Positions 27,400-41,842 of a DNA stretch of 64,000 bases are shown piece after piece. The number at the start of each line of letters is the position of its first letter. Position 1 is the stretch's first letter. A model generated the notes under the pieces. That model saw only the letters and a list, made by a program, of their open reading frames with translations. It was not told the origin of the DNA and did not search any database. A program made the translations under genes and the position numbers. Source of the DNA: Camelus dromedarius (Eukaryota). The DNA lies in contig NC_087436.1 of NCBI RefSeq assembly GCF_036321535.1, forward strand, positions 40,674,001 to 40,738,000, in the 5' to 3' direction.

Positions 27400-28170
27400 A
27401 TAAACAGCCATACAGCAAGGCCATCAGGCGAGAGCTGGCCTAGAGCATTCATAAAGAGCAAGGGTAACAGTGTGGCTGGAACTGAGTCACTGAATGGAGA
27501 GAAACCAGAGCAGGTCAGAGGGTTTGGGGCTAACAGGACAACATAGCCTGTAGGCCACTGTATGGACTTTGGCTGCTAATCTTAGTGAAAAGGAGAATCA
27601 CTGCATAGTTTAAACAGAGGAGTGACAAACTCAAACTGATATTTTAAAACAATCACCCTAATATTTTGAGAAAAAAACTATCAGAGGGCAGGTGTAGTAG
27701 CACAAAAATCTATCAGGAAGCTGTAACAGTAACCTTGATCAGAGAAGACTTTGGGCAATAACAGAAGAGGCAGTGTGCAGGGATTAGATAATTCATATAG
27801 TTTGAGGTTAGTTGAAGTTACGGGCAACAGGAGTTTCTGATGTATTGGGTGAGTGGTATGAAAAATAAGGATGGCTCTAATTCCCTGTGCAACTGGAAAG
27901 CTGTGATCCCGACTGAGACGGGGCAGGTGGGATGAAGACTGTTTCCAGGAGAAAGCACCAGTCTAATTTTGGACATGATAAATCTGAAAGTCTTTCACAC
28001 ACTAGAAGAAATGTCAAGTACTCAGCTTGATATATGAGGATGTAGTTGCAGAAGATATCCTGGCAGAAAATAGAAGTTCAGGAGTCTGTCAGCACAGTAA
28101 TTAGACGTGGGACTGGCTGGGACTGACAGAGAGCAGAGAAAGGAAAACACAGACTTAGGCATCTCGACAG
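27400..28170 (-). mobile_element. L2 LINE remnant
   Basis: 'cagtgtggctggaactgagt', 'tgtaggccactgtatggactttggct', 'ttttggacatgataaatctgaa', 'aaatgtcaagta'. Confidence 0.75.
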
Positions 28171-28189
28171 TCTAAGATCAGGGACATCT

Positions 28190-28420
28190 TGGGATTCCCT
28201 GCCAGCAGTTACCTTTCAAAGGCAGAAAGGTGAGACGGTAAGCTTGGCCCAGGGACTGTGCCGCTGGGCCTGACCCTCTGAGGTATGGGAGGTACAGTCT
28301 GTTGAGTCACCAGTCACTCACCAGCACCGGGAAGCCGGTCACAGGAGTATTCCTGCAACAGGGCCCCGGGCAGGGGCGCCGGGGCGGCCGGGCCTCGGGA
28401 AGCACTAGATTCCCGCACTG
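28190..28420. promoter_or_regulatory. Small CpG/GC-rich patch, candidate regulatory element
   Basis: 'gggccccgggcaggggcgccggggcggccgggcctcggga' with a GC box, AP-1 TGAGTCA at 28303-28309 and gggattccc at 28191, in otherwise CpG-depleted DNA. Confidence 0.4.
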
Positions 28421-29349
28421 TGAAAAGTCTCTGGATACTGCAGGTTTCAAAGTGTAGACCTCACAAGTGAAGAGTATGAAAAGCCAGTCAAATGCCTTAA
28501 TGTGATTTTTTTTTTTTTTTTACCAAAGGATGCTAGAGAACTGAGAATATGCCAAAATAACTGATATTTTTCAACATTTCCCTCAAGAATTTTGCCAGTG
28601 GAGACTATTTCACCATGTGATGTGTTCTTGATTAATGAGGTGGTGTTACAAAATCTGATAAACACATGGCATCCCATCTTAGGATGTTCCAGCATTTTAG
28701 TAGTAAATAGGTGAACACACATTGGAACACTGACTTCTAATTTTCATGGCTGGATCATATCACTGAAAAATTTTATAGTAGTTGGTTAAGTGTTCTATTT
28801 CATTTTTAAATATGAACATTACAATGGAATGCATTTTCAAAATGAAAATTAAAATGATATCTACTAAATTATGTCCAGTGGCACACAAAGTATGTTATGA
28901 GTGGGTAAAATTAAATTTCCCACTAATGTAATCTGAGAACATTATTATTGGTGAAACTGGAAAAGTCACTGATTTGATAATAAAAAGTAAAGCTCTCAAG
29001 TCCTAATTTATCAATTCAGTCCAACTTATATTGGAAATAGTTCTGCATTTCAACCACAGTATGTATTTGATTGAATGGCTTTGATTTGTTATCAGAAAAA
29101 GTTTGAATAATTCCATGACTACAATGTCACAAATTTAACTTGTCATTTTGGGCAGTGATAAAAAGTCACAGAAATTCCTTTTCTAAGATAACCTTTAGTT
29201 TTAAATTTTTTCAGTAACTTTGACAGGTTTTCATCAATACATGACTATACCATTTTTGACACATTAATTATATAGAGGCATAGTATATTTCATGAAAATG
29301 CTTTATATTATAAAAATTCATATATTTACAGAAAATGCACAAAATATTA

Positions 29350-30300
29350 AGAGCTTGGAGAAGGGAAGAATCTACAAAGGACACTGAGGCAGAGTGAACA
29401 CTGAGACAAAGTGAAGCCAAGTGGGGAAACGGATCAAGGAGGAGGAAGTGGTCAACTATGTCAAGTACTGATTTAGCTCAAGCAGTACATAACCCTGACA
29501 AGAGCAGTCTCTGCAGAGTGAAGTAAACTGGATTTAAGAGAGCAGGCGAGGAGAGGAATTGGAGGAAGAATGTATACACAACTCACTGAAAAGGATCCAA
29601 GTAGAGTAAAAAAAAAAATAAAGGGGGGGGGGCAGTAACTGCCAGGAGAATGTTATCAAGAGAAGTACGAATGCTTGTGTGCTTATGAAAAAAATGTCAG
29701 AGTGAAAATTTGATGTTGTAGTAAAAAGAAAGAAGTCCTAAAGCAGTATCTTTCAGGTAGGTGAGAGAATATTGAATCTCATGCATGAATGGAGATTGTT
29801 TTTCATTAGAGAGTAGAAATTTCATGTAAGATCAAAGACTATAAGGCAGAGAACATGATTGCCTATGTTGGCAATTAAATAGTTGTAGTTATTAGAATTT
29901 GCAGAATTCTCACGGATTCAATTTTCTCAGTGAAGAAGGAAGCAAAACAATTGGGTGAATGACAATGGTAAAGCCACTGATATGATCTGAGGGGAGAGGA
30001 GGAATATAAAATAGTCACCCAGAAGAGTGGTCCAGAGAGTGGACTGGCCACTTCCTGTGTGTCTATTGTGTATTTTAAAGGGTCCATTTTGCGTTTGTAG
30101 GCACAAAATTAAAATAAGTATTTTTAGTGTAGCTTCATGTTTTTCTCCTGCTATATTTTGCTAAGAGTATACAAGCACAGAACATGGATCATAGTAGCGG
30201 CAGTACTTTTGAGTAAGTACTGTTTAGATATTGGGGCTGAGGGAAAAAAAGTGCTCAAGAATGATACCAAGACTAGTGGGAGGGGAAAAAAGTGGTCAAG
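29350..30300 (-). mobile_element. L2 LINE remnants (L2-like sequence resumes at ~32400-32880 after the L1 insertion)
   Basis: 'aggaggaggaagtggtcaactatgtcaa', 'accctgacaagagcagtctctgcagagtg', 'caattttctcagtgaagaaggaagcaa'. Confidence 0.65.
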
Positions 30301-30314
30301 AATTAGTGGCTTTG

Positions 30315-32384
30315 TAACAATTTTTTGTGGATGACATGATACTACATATAGAAAACCCAAAAAACTCCACAAAAAACTACTAGAGCTGATAAAAGAATTC
30401 AGCAAGGTAGCAGGATACAAGATTAACATACAGAAATCAGTGGCATTTCTTTACACTAACAATGAAACAACAGAAAAAGAAAGTAAAGAAACAATCCCTT
30501 TTAAAATCTCATCCAAAACAATAAAATGCTTAGGAATAAATCTGACCAAGGAGGTGAAAAACTTATACATGGAGAACTACAAAACACTGATGAAGGAAAT
30601 TAAAGATGACTTAAAGAAATGGATATCCCATTCTCTTGGATTGTAAGAATCAATATTGCTAAAATGGCCATACTGACCAAGGCAATCTACAGATTTAATG
30701 TGATCCCTATCATTAGGGACACTTTTCAAAACCCAGGACATTTTTCAAAGAAATAGCACAAATAGTCCTAAAATTTTATATGGAATCACAAAAGACTCAG
30801 TATTGCCAAAGCAATTATCACAGACTTCAGACAATACTACAGAGCTACAGTAATCAAAACAGCACAATGTTGGCATAAAAACAGACATACGGATCAATGG
30901 AACAGAATAGAGAGCCCAGAAATAAACCCACAGATCTATGGTTAATCTTTGACAAAAGAGGTAAGAACATACAATGGAATAAAGACAGTCTTTTCAGCAA
31001 ATGGTGTTGGGAAAACTGGACAGCTGCATGTAAATCAATGAAGTGAGAATACTTCCTCACCCCATACACAAAAATAAACTCAAAATGACTTAAAGACTTA
31101 AACATAAGGCAAGATACTATAAACCTCCTAGAAGAAAACATAGGCAAACTATTCTCTGGCATAAATCTTAGCAATGTTCTCCTAGAGCAGTCTACCCAGG
31201 CAATGGAAATAAAAGCAAAAACCAACAAATGGGACCTAAACTTATAAGCTTTTGCACAGGAAAGGAAACCATAAGCAAAACAGAAGGATAGACTAAGGAA
31301 TGGGAGAAAATATTTGCAAAGGATGTGACTGACAAAGGCTTAATTTCCAGAATATACAAACAGCTCACACAAGTTAATAAGGGAAAAAAAAAGAAAATCC
31401 AATCCAAAAATGGGCAGAAGACCTAAACAAGCAATGCTTCAATTCAGACATACAAATGACCAATAGGCACATGAAAAAATGCTCCATATCACTAATTATC
31501 AGAGAAACGCAAATCAAAACTGCAATGAGGTATCACATCACACCAGACACAATGGCCATCATTCAAAAATCCATGAACAATATATACTGAAGAGGGTGTG
31601 GAGAAAAGGGAACCACCCTACACTTCTGATGGGAATGCAGTTTGGTGCAGCCATTATGGGAAACAGTGTGGAGATTCCTCAAAAGACTTACCATATGATC
31701 CAGCAATCCTACTTCTGGGCATATATCAAGAGAGAACCTAATTCAAAAAGATACATGCCCGCCAATGTTCACAGCAGCAATATATACAATAACCAAGACT
31801 TGGAAACACCCTAAATGTCCATCGACAGATGACTGGATAAAGAAGTTGTGGTATATTTATATGATGGAATACTACTCAGCCATTAAAAATAATAAAATAA
31901 TGCCATTTGCAGCAACATAGAATGATGATCTCTAGGTCCATCTAAGTGAAGTAAGCCAGAAAGGAAAAGAAAAATACCATATATCACATCACTTATATAT
32001 GGAATCTAAAAAAAGTAAAAGAAAGAAAAGAGGACACTAATGAACTCATCTACAAAACAGTAACGGACTTGCAGACATAGTAAACAATCTTATGGTTTAC
32101 AATGGGATCAATTTGGGAGTTTGAGATTTCAAAATGTTAGCCCCTATATGTAAAAAAAAAAGATTAGAAAAACAAATTTCTCCTGTACATCACAGGGAAC
32201 TATATTCAATATCTTGTAAAATCTTTAATGAAAAATAATATAAAAACAAATATATGTATGTATATTCATGACTGGGACATTGTGCTGTATACCAGAAATT
32301 GACACATTGTAACTAACTATACTTTAATAAAAAATAATAAAATAAAGAATCTTACCAAGAGCTCTGGCAACAATAAAAAAATAT
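30315..32384 (+). mobile_element. 5'-truncated lineage-specific L1 (from RT 'DDMI' motif to 3' end) with TSD and extra 3' segment
   Basis: Starts 'gatgacatgatactacatatagaaaaccc'; ORF2 fragments in the ORF track (30440..30646). TSD attagtggctttg at 30302-30314 and 32385-32397. Confidence 0.95.
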
Positions 32385-35300
32385 ATTAGTGGCTTTGGCT
32401 ACATATGAATCAATTCATATCATTAAGAAACAGAAGAGGGTATGGTTTGAACGAAACAGGATAATAAAGATGATATTTTAGACATTTGCCTGTGGCATCC
32501 TGGAGTAGATATGCTTAGTTTGCAGTAAGGTATAAGGATCTAGGATCCAGGGCTCAGGAAAGCACTGTGTGCTAGAAATGGAAATTAGAAAATGATCAGC
32601 ACATATGGAGTTATTTAATCCACTGGAAAGAATTACACAATCCAAGATTTCCATCTAGTATTAAAAGATGACAACCTAGGATGAAACTTAGCAGAGCACA
32701 GATACTTATGAAATGGTCAAATGATAAGCAAGTAGCAGAGGACATCAAAAAGAAAGTCAAAGAGATAGAAGGAAAATTCTGGACACCTAGGAAGTAACTG
32801 TTTAAAAAATTTAGCATATACTAGGGCAGAATCAAAATCAACAGAGTGGAAATAGATGGTCAATGTGCCCCAAAGTGAGTAGAATATTCTGAATCATTAA
32901 TACATTTGAATGTTACCAAATGTGCAAGTTTCTGGCATGGGACCAATAACAGGTAGACAGATGCTATGACGAAAATAAATAAAAGCCTAAGTATTTAGGT
33001 CTTGATTAGTCATGGAGTGTCAGAAGTTATTAGATTTTTTTTTTATGTTTCTTGAAACGTTTAAGGGGATTTAATACTCTTCACAACTAACTTTTCAGTA
33101 GATATCCTGGGATCTTGAATAACATTGTGAGACTAATAGAATTTTAATGAAAGATAATCTAGTTTATCCATAAATAGTTTTAGATTATTGGCTAAATTTA
33201 TATGCACTTCTTAAGATTTCTGAAATTAAAATAATCTTATTTGGGAAAAAAAGATTTCTGGGATTTCCAAATGAACTGATAAATTTGTATTGTCAAATTC
33301 TGTACAGCTTCAAGGAAAAAAACAGTCATTCAATTTCAAGCATAAAAATCCCCCCCCCCCAATTAACTCATTTGGTGACATTTTTTAAGAATGTATGGAT
33401 TTGATGTCCTTTCAGTTTTGGTTTCCATTTGAGAGCTTAAAATCCAAGTTAAGCTTTAAAGTAAATAGTAAATAGTTTCTGAAATAGTCCTTTTGAGAAA
33501 GCTCAAGAAATTATCTTATTTCTTTTTGCTCATTATTTTCTCAGGTTGGCTACAGTAAAGATACCTTCTTTCAAACAGTTCAGTTACACATGAAATAATG
33601 GTGGAAAGACCATTATATTCATAGCTAAGAAAGTGAAAAGCTGGCTGGCTTTTATATTAGTCAGATTTCAACTATTAGTTTATTATGACAAAGTACTTTC
33701 CATCTCAACTGAAGGTTTTGTGGGACTACAGTAATTTCTGACATTAAAGAGAGGCCCATGAAATAAATGTTTAGTTGCAAACTATGAAATAACACATAGA
33801 TTACACATACTCTTCTGCTAGATGAAATGTTTAATAGACAAATCAGTAGGAATGATGAGCTGCTGTCTTTATCCCTATTACCCTCTTCCCCTTACATTTT
33901 ACTTAAAGCACTTCTTTGAAACATGATGATAGATACAGGAAGATTAAACTGTATTCATACTTTTGTGTGAATAGTTTTAGTAAGATAATCAGATTTACAA
34001 CTTGCTAACATTAAATATAAACAGAATTGAGAATCTTGACTTTGAAAGAGACTTGATATAAAAAATCTTAAATACAAACTTTTCAGTCCTTTGCAAAAAG
34101 AATGAGTTTAATAAGGTTGGAGACTTGGAATGGAAGAATCTTATATGAATGCAGCAGGCTTTCAATGCCAGAAAGAGGCAATAGAAGCTTGGGAGAGTGT
34201 AAATAAAGGAGATAAAATAGAATAAAATAAAATCTTACTCATCTGATCCAGGCTCTATTGGCCGGTAGATACTTGTACAAAAGTAACTTTCCAACTCCCA
34301 ACAGAACAGATGCTGAAATTACCTTGTGCTGAGATATGATGGTTTATACAAGACCTCAATTCAGGTCTTCTGGTTCAATCTAGCATGACCATTGCAGAGA
34401 CTAATCAAACCTCTCTTTGAAGAGTTATTTAATTTCCATTCAGTGTTTACTAAAACTAGTCTCTCCTCAGAAGGTAAGAAGATACATGAGAGGAAATAGA
34501 AGATGAGAAAGAACAGCTTTATAAACTAGCTTCCACTTCCTTTCTCAAGACCATGCAAACAATATGTAATAATGAATTGACTTAGGTATGGGAAACTCAA
34601 GTGACATCACCAGAATTAGTGGTACTTGTATGAAACGAAAATATGTAGTTAATTAAAGTTTAAGCATTTATTAGACAAAATAACTAAATTATAAATGAAT
34701 TAAAAGCAGTCTACAAAATAACTAAAATTGTATCACATTTTGTCTCCTACAATGGGGTTTTTCAATTTTAATGTGTAATATCAGTCTTGAAACTAAAAAA
34801 ATCAACTAAATACTAATAAAATATTTTCAAGCTACTTTGAAAAAGTTAAGAATTTAAATTTGTTTTGAATTATACTTCCAGAGATGTCAAATCAGTTATG
34901 TGTGAATTGGTAGTCATCATTTATAGGGCAATTTCTACATCAAATTTTGTATCTGATATAGATTTGTGGTAAGAAAGCTGTATCTACCAACAATCTGTTG
35001 TTAATCTAAGTGCAGTCTGCTCACTGCAGAGAACCAGAGTAGGAGTCTCATCTACAAAATCTTTGTCATTCTCCAGTCCAACAATTCCTCTTTGTTACAT
35101 TCCAAGTCAGGCTCTCTCAGCTGTTTCCTAAAGCTGTCTGGATTGTAGTTGGAAACCCAGGGATGTTTAAGGGGAGCAGGATGAGAAAATGATTGAAAAG
35201 ATATAGATAAACATAGCAATAACAGAGTCACAGAACTCTGTAGTGAATGTTTGACATTTTCAGGTTACTTGATGACCTTCATGAGAAGGATAAACATTAT

Positions 35301-35439
35301 GCCACTAATTGAAATAAATTCAGTGAAAAACCTCAACACATGACTTGATAGAGAAGGTTTTAAAATATCAATGTTAAAATTGGTTTTCAAGATTTAAAAC
35401 TTTTATTAAGAAGAAAGATTACCAAAAGGCTTATAGTTT

Positions 35440-38400
35440 AGAACAGTTGGACTTGGTTGATATTTTTAGGACATTACATCCCCACAAAACAGAATCTACA
35501 TTCTTCAGGTCCCCACGGAACTTTCTCTAGGATAGACCACATACTCGGGCACAAAAGAAGCCTCAACAAGTTTAAGATAGAAATTATTTCAAGCATCTTC
35601 TATGACCACAATGGCATGAAACTAGAAATTAACCACAGAAAAACAAATGAGAAAAAAATGATAGTATAGAGACAAAACAACATGCTACTAAAAAACCAAC
35701 AGGTCAATGATAAAATCAAGGAAGAAATTAAAAAATACCTTGAGACAACAATGAAAACACAACCACACAAAATCTATCAGATGCAGTAAAAACAATCCTA
35801 AGAGGGAAGTTTATAGCAATACAGGCTTTCCTCAAAAAAGAAGAACAATCTCAAACTACCTAACCTATCACCTAAAAGAATTAGAAAAAGAAGAACAAAC
35901 AAAACCTAAAGTCAGCAGAAGGAAAGAAATAATAAAGATCAGGGAGGAAAGAAAGAAAACAGAGATTTAAAAACAATAGAAAAAAATCAATCAAACCAAG
36001 AGCTGGTTTTTTGAAAGAGTAAACAAAATTGACAAACCTCTGGCTAGGCTAACCAAGAAGAAAAGAGAAAACTTAGAAGAAATGGACAAGTTTCTAGAAA
36101 CATACATTCCCCTAAAACTGAATCAAAAAGAAATAGATCACTTGAACAGACCAATCACTAGGAGTGAAACAGAGTCAGCAATAAAAAAATCTCCCTGCAA
36201 ACAAAAGTCCAGGACCAGATGGCTTCACTGGGGAATTCTTTCAAACATACATTGAAGAGCTCATACCAATCCTTCTCAAACTCTTCCAAAATTTTGAAGA
36301 GGAGGGAATATGCACAAACTCATTCTATGAAGCTACTATCACCTGATACCAAAGCCAAAGACACTACCAAAAAATAAGCTGTAGGCTAATATCACTGATG
36401 AACGTAAATGCAAAAATCCTCAACGAAATATTAACAAACAGAATGCAACAACACATGAAAAAGGTCATACACCATGATCAAATTGGGTTCATCCCAGGGA
36501 CACAAGGATGGTTCAACATACACAAATTAATCAATGTGATACACAACGTTAACAAGAGAAAGGAATAAAAATCACATGATCATCTCAATAGATGCACAGA
36601 ACGCATTTGATAAAATTCAACAACTCATTTATGATAAAACTCTTACCAAAGTGGGTATAGAGGGAACATATCTCAACATAATAAAACCTATTTATGACAA
36701 ACCTACAGCCAGCATAGTTCTCAACAGTGAAAAGCTGAGACCCTTTATGCTAAAATCTGGAACAAGTCAAGGATGCCCACTCTCACTACTTCTATTCATC
36801 ATATTCTTGGAAGTCCTAGGCACAGCAATCAGGGAGGAAAAAGAAAAGTGATCTAAAATGGAAGAAAAGAGGTAAAATTGTCATTATATGCAGATGACAT
36901 GATACTATATATAGAAAACCTTAAAGGCCCCCCACAAAAACTATGAGATAATAAAAGAATTTGGCAAGGTAGCAGGATACAACATCAGCATACAGAAATC
37001 AGTGGCATTTCTTTACACTAATAATGAAATATCAGAAAAGGAAAGTAAACAAACAATCCCTTTTAAAATTACATCAAAAAAAATAAAATACTTAGGAATT
37101 AACCTGACCAAGGAAGTGAAAGACATATATGCAGAAAGCTACAAAACATTGATTAAGGAAATTAATGATGACTTAAAGAAATGGAAATATATCTGATGTT
37201 CTTGGATTGGAAGAATTAATACTGTTAAAATGGCCATACTACCCAAAGCAATCTAAAGATTTAATGCAACCCCTATCAAAAATTACCCAGGACATTTTTC
37301 AAAGAACTCGAATAATGCTAAATTTTATATAGCAACACAAAAGATCCAGAATTGCCAAAGCATCACTGAAGAAAAAGAACGAAGCTGGAGGAATAACCAT
37401 TCCAGACTTCAGACAATACTATAGAGCTAGAGCTACAGTAATCAAAAAGCATGGTATTGGTACAAAAACAGACATATGGATCAATGGAACAGAATAGAGC
37501 TCCCAGAAATAAATCCACAAACTTTTGGTCAATTAATCTTTGACAAAGGAGGCAAGAACGTACAATGGAGTAGAGACAGTCTCTTCAGCAAATGGTGTTG
37601 GGAAAACTGGACAGCTGCATGTAAATCAATGAAGTTAGAATACTCCCTCACACCATACACAAAATTAAACTCAAAATGGCTTAGAGACTTAAGTTTAAGA
37701 CAAGACATGATAAACCTCTTAGAAGAAAACATAGGCTAACTATTCTCTGACATAAATCTCAGCAATGTTCTCACAGGGCAGTCTACCCAGGCAACAGAAA
37801 TAAAAGCAAAAATAAAAAAATGGGCTCTAATTAAACTTACAAGCTTTTGCACAGGAAAGGAACCACAAATGAAACAAAATGACAAGCTATGGAATGGGAG
37901 AAAATATTTGCAAAAGGTGAGACTGACAAGGCTTAATTTCCAGAATATATAGCTCATACAAGTTAATAAGAGAAAAACAACTCAATCCAAAAATGGGCAG
38001 AAGACCTAAACAAGCAATTCTCCAATTCAGACATACAAATGACCAATAGGCACATGAAAAAATGCTCGATATCGCTAATTATCAGAGAAATGCAGATCAA
38101 AACTACACTGAAGTATCATCTCACACCAGTCACAATGGTCATCATTCAAAAGTCCATGAATAATAAATGCTGGAGAGGGTATGGAGAAAAGAGAACCCTC
38201 CTACACTGCTGATGGGAATATAGTTTGATGCAGCCATTATGGAAAACAGTGTGGAGATTCCTCAAAGGACTTATCATATGATCCAGCAATCCCACTCCTG
38301 GGCATATATTGAGAGGGAACCTAACTCAAAAAGATACATGCACCCCGATGTTCATAGCAGCACTATTTACAATAGCCAAGATATGGAAACAACCTGAATG

Positions 38401-38925
38401 TCCATCGACAGATGACTGGATAAAGAAGTTGTAGCATATTTATACAATGGAATACTACTCAGCTGTAAAAAATAAAATAAAATAATGCCATTTGCAGGAA
38501 CATGGATGGACCTAGAGAATGTCATTCTAAGTGAAGTAAGCCAGAAAGAGAAAGAAAAATACCATATGATACCATTTATATGTGGAATCTTAAAAAAAAA
38601 AAGAGAGAGAGAGAATTGAACTTATTTACAAAACAGAAATATCACAAACACAGAAAACATACTTATGGTTACCAGGGAGACAAGTGGGTAGGAAGGGATA
38701 AATTGGGAGTTTGAGATTTGCAGATACTAATACATATAAAACAGATAAACTACAAGTTTATAATGTATAGCACAGGGAACTATATTCACTATCTTGTAGT
38801 ACCTTATGATGAAAAAGAATATAAAAAATGAATATGTGTATGTTCCTATATGATTGAAGCATTGTGCTGTACACCAGGAATTGACACAATGTTGTAAACT
38901 GACAATACTTCAATAAAAATATATA
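35440..38925 (+). mobile_element. Lineage-specific L1, ORF2 from late endonuclease domain to 3'UTR, frameshifted, with an internal deletion near 36070
   Basis: ORF2 fragments 'SSGPHGTFSRIDHILGHK', '[15 protein letters not shown]...GTSQGCPLS', tatgcagatgacatg (YADD) at ~36887, 'DQWNRIE...CWENW'. 3'UTR ends 'cttcaataaaaat'. Confidence 0.95.
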
Positions 38926-41842
38926 TAAAAGTATATATTCATCTATCATCAGTGCACCCAAATATATGAAGTAAATATTGACAGTATTAAAAGGAGAAAT
39001 AGACAGCAATACAATAATACTAGGCAAATTCAATATCTCATTTTTAATAATGGATAGAACAACTAGACAGAAGTATCAGTAAGGAAAGAGAGGACTTGAA
39101 CATTATTCTAACTGCAGCTAATGGACATATATAGAATATCTACTCACAGCAACAGAGTACACATTAAGTGCATACAAAACATTCTCCAGGACAGATTGCA
39201 TATTAGACCATAAATAAGAAAATAAAATAATGAATTTAAGAAAATTGATTATATGAAGTTTCTTGTCCAACCAGAATGGAATGAAACTAGGTATCAGTAG
39301 CAAAAGAAAAACAGAAAAATCCAAAATACATGGAAATAAAACACCACATATTGAACCACCATTGGGGAAAAAAAAATAAAAAGGGCAATTAGAAAATACC
39401 TTGAGATATATGAAAATGAAAACATAACATACCAAAATTTATAGAATATAGTAAAATCAGTAATAAGAGGGAAATTTATAGTGGTAAATGTCTGCATTTA
39501 AAAAAAAGGAAAAGATCAAATTAATAACCTAAGTTTACAGCTCAAAAAAACCCCAAAAACTAAATCCAAAGATAGCAGAAGGAAGGTAATAACAATTAGA
39601 GCAGAAATAAATAGAGAATAGAAAAATACAAGTTAAAAACCAGCAGTAAAACTAACAGTTGATTCTTTGAGAAAGAGAAAAAAAAAATTAACCAGCCTTT
39701 AGCTATATCAACTAATAAAAAGAGACTCAAATAAAATCAGAAATTAAAGAGGAGACATTACAATGGATGCCTCAGAAATTTAAAAAAATGATTATGAGAT
39801 TACTATGCCATCAAACTGGATAACCTAGAAGAAATAGATAAATTCCTAGAAACATGCAACCTACCAAGATTGAAAAATGAAGGAATACAAAATCTGAACA
39901 GATGTATAATAAGTAGAGAGACTGAAACAGTAGTCAAAAACCTCCCACAAAGAAAAGCCCAGAGCAAGAGAGATGACATCAGTGAAGAATTCTAAAAAAC
40001 ATATTAAGAAAAATTAATCCCAATCCTTCTCAAACTCTTCTAAAAATTAGAAAATTAGGGAACATTCATGAAACTTATGAGTCCAATATTATTACCCTGA
40101 TACCAAAATCAGACGAAAACACTACAAGAGGACTACAGACTAAAATAACAACAAGCCACATTAAAAGGATTATAGAACATGACCAAGAAGGATTTATTCC
40201 TGGGATGCAAGATGGATCAACATGTGTAAATCAGTAAATGGAATACACAAGATTAACTCAACAAAAGACAAAAATCACCAGATCATCTCAACTGATGCAT
40301 AAAAAGTGTCTGACAGAGTTCAATACTCTTTCAGAATGAAAAACACTAACAAAATATGATTAAAGAAAATTACCTCAACATAACAAAGGTATGAATATAC
40401 CACAGCTAACAATACTTAATGATGAAAAAGTGAAAGTTTTCCATCTAAGATCAGGAACAAGGCAAGGATGTCCACTGCTGTCACTTCTATTGAATATATT
40501 ATGAGAAGCCCTGGTTAAGAGAAATTAGGCAATAACAAGATATAAAAGTAGCCAAATTGGAAAAAGAGGTAATAAAATTATTTCTGTTCACAGATAACAT
40601 AATCTTCTATTTAGAAAACCCTTAAGATTACACACACACACACAAAATTAGACCTAATAAACTCAGTACAACTGCAGGATATTAAAGCAACACACACACA
40701 AATCTGTTGTATTTCTATACATTAACAGTAAATAATCTGAAAGGGAATTAATAATGCTATTTAAAATAACATCAAAAATAATACCTGGAAAAAAACACTA
40801 TAAAGGTGGCAAAAACATACATTCAAAACTATCAACAATGCTGATAAAGATTAAAGAAGGCACAAATAAATGAAAAGACATCTCATGTTCATGAACAGGA
40901 AGGCTTCCTATTGTTAAGGTGCCCATTCTATGCAAAGTGATCTATAGATTCAATGAAATTCCCACCAAATGCCAACGGCATTTTTTTTGAAGGAACATAA
41001 AAATCCACTCTAAAATTCATAACGCATCTTAAAAAACCCTGAGTAGCCTAAGTAGTCTTAAGAAAGAGGAACAAAGTTGAAGGCCTCACTCTGATTCTAA
41101 AACTTATTACACATAGCTGCAATAATCAAACCAGTATGTTATTTGCTTAAAAACTGATATATAGACCACAGGACTAAGATAAAGAATCCAGAAATAAACC
41201 CATATGTACATGGTCAAATGATCTTCAACAAGGGTAACAAGACTACTCAATGGGAAATAGTGTCTTTAACATAGTGATAGAAAGACTGGATATCCACATG
41301 AAAAAATAAAAATGGACCCTTAACTGACCATCCCTCTCCAAAAAAAAAACCTTAAAATAGCATAAAGACCTAAACATAGACCTGAATCCATAAAACTGTA
41401 AGAAAACTTGTTAGGATGGCCAATACATATAAAAAAAGAAAAAGTAAGTAGTAAGTGTTGGCAAGGGTGTAGAGATAATGGAACCCCTATGCACTGTTAG
41501 AATGTAAATTTGTGCAGTTACTATGGAAAACAATATGAGGATTCCTTAAAAAATTCAAAATTTAACTTCCATATGATCCAGCAATCTCACTTCTGGGTAT
41601 ACAGTAAAGGAATTGAAAACAGGATCTTTAAGAGATACTTGCACACCTGTGTTCGCTGAAACATTCATAAAAGGGACGTTATTGAACCAACCTAAATATC
41701 CATCAACAAATGAAAGTATACATGCAATGTGATATATACATGCAGTGGACTATTACTCATCTTTGAAGAAGGGAATCCTGCTGTATCTGGAGGACTTTAT
41801 GCTCAGTGAAATAATCTGATTACAGAAGGGCAAATACTGAAT

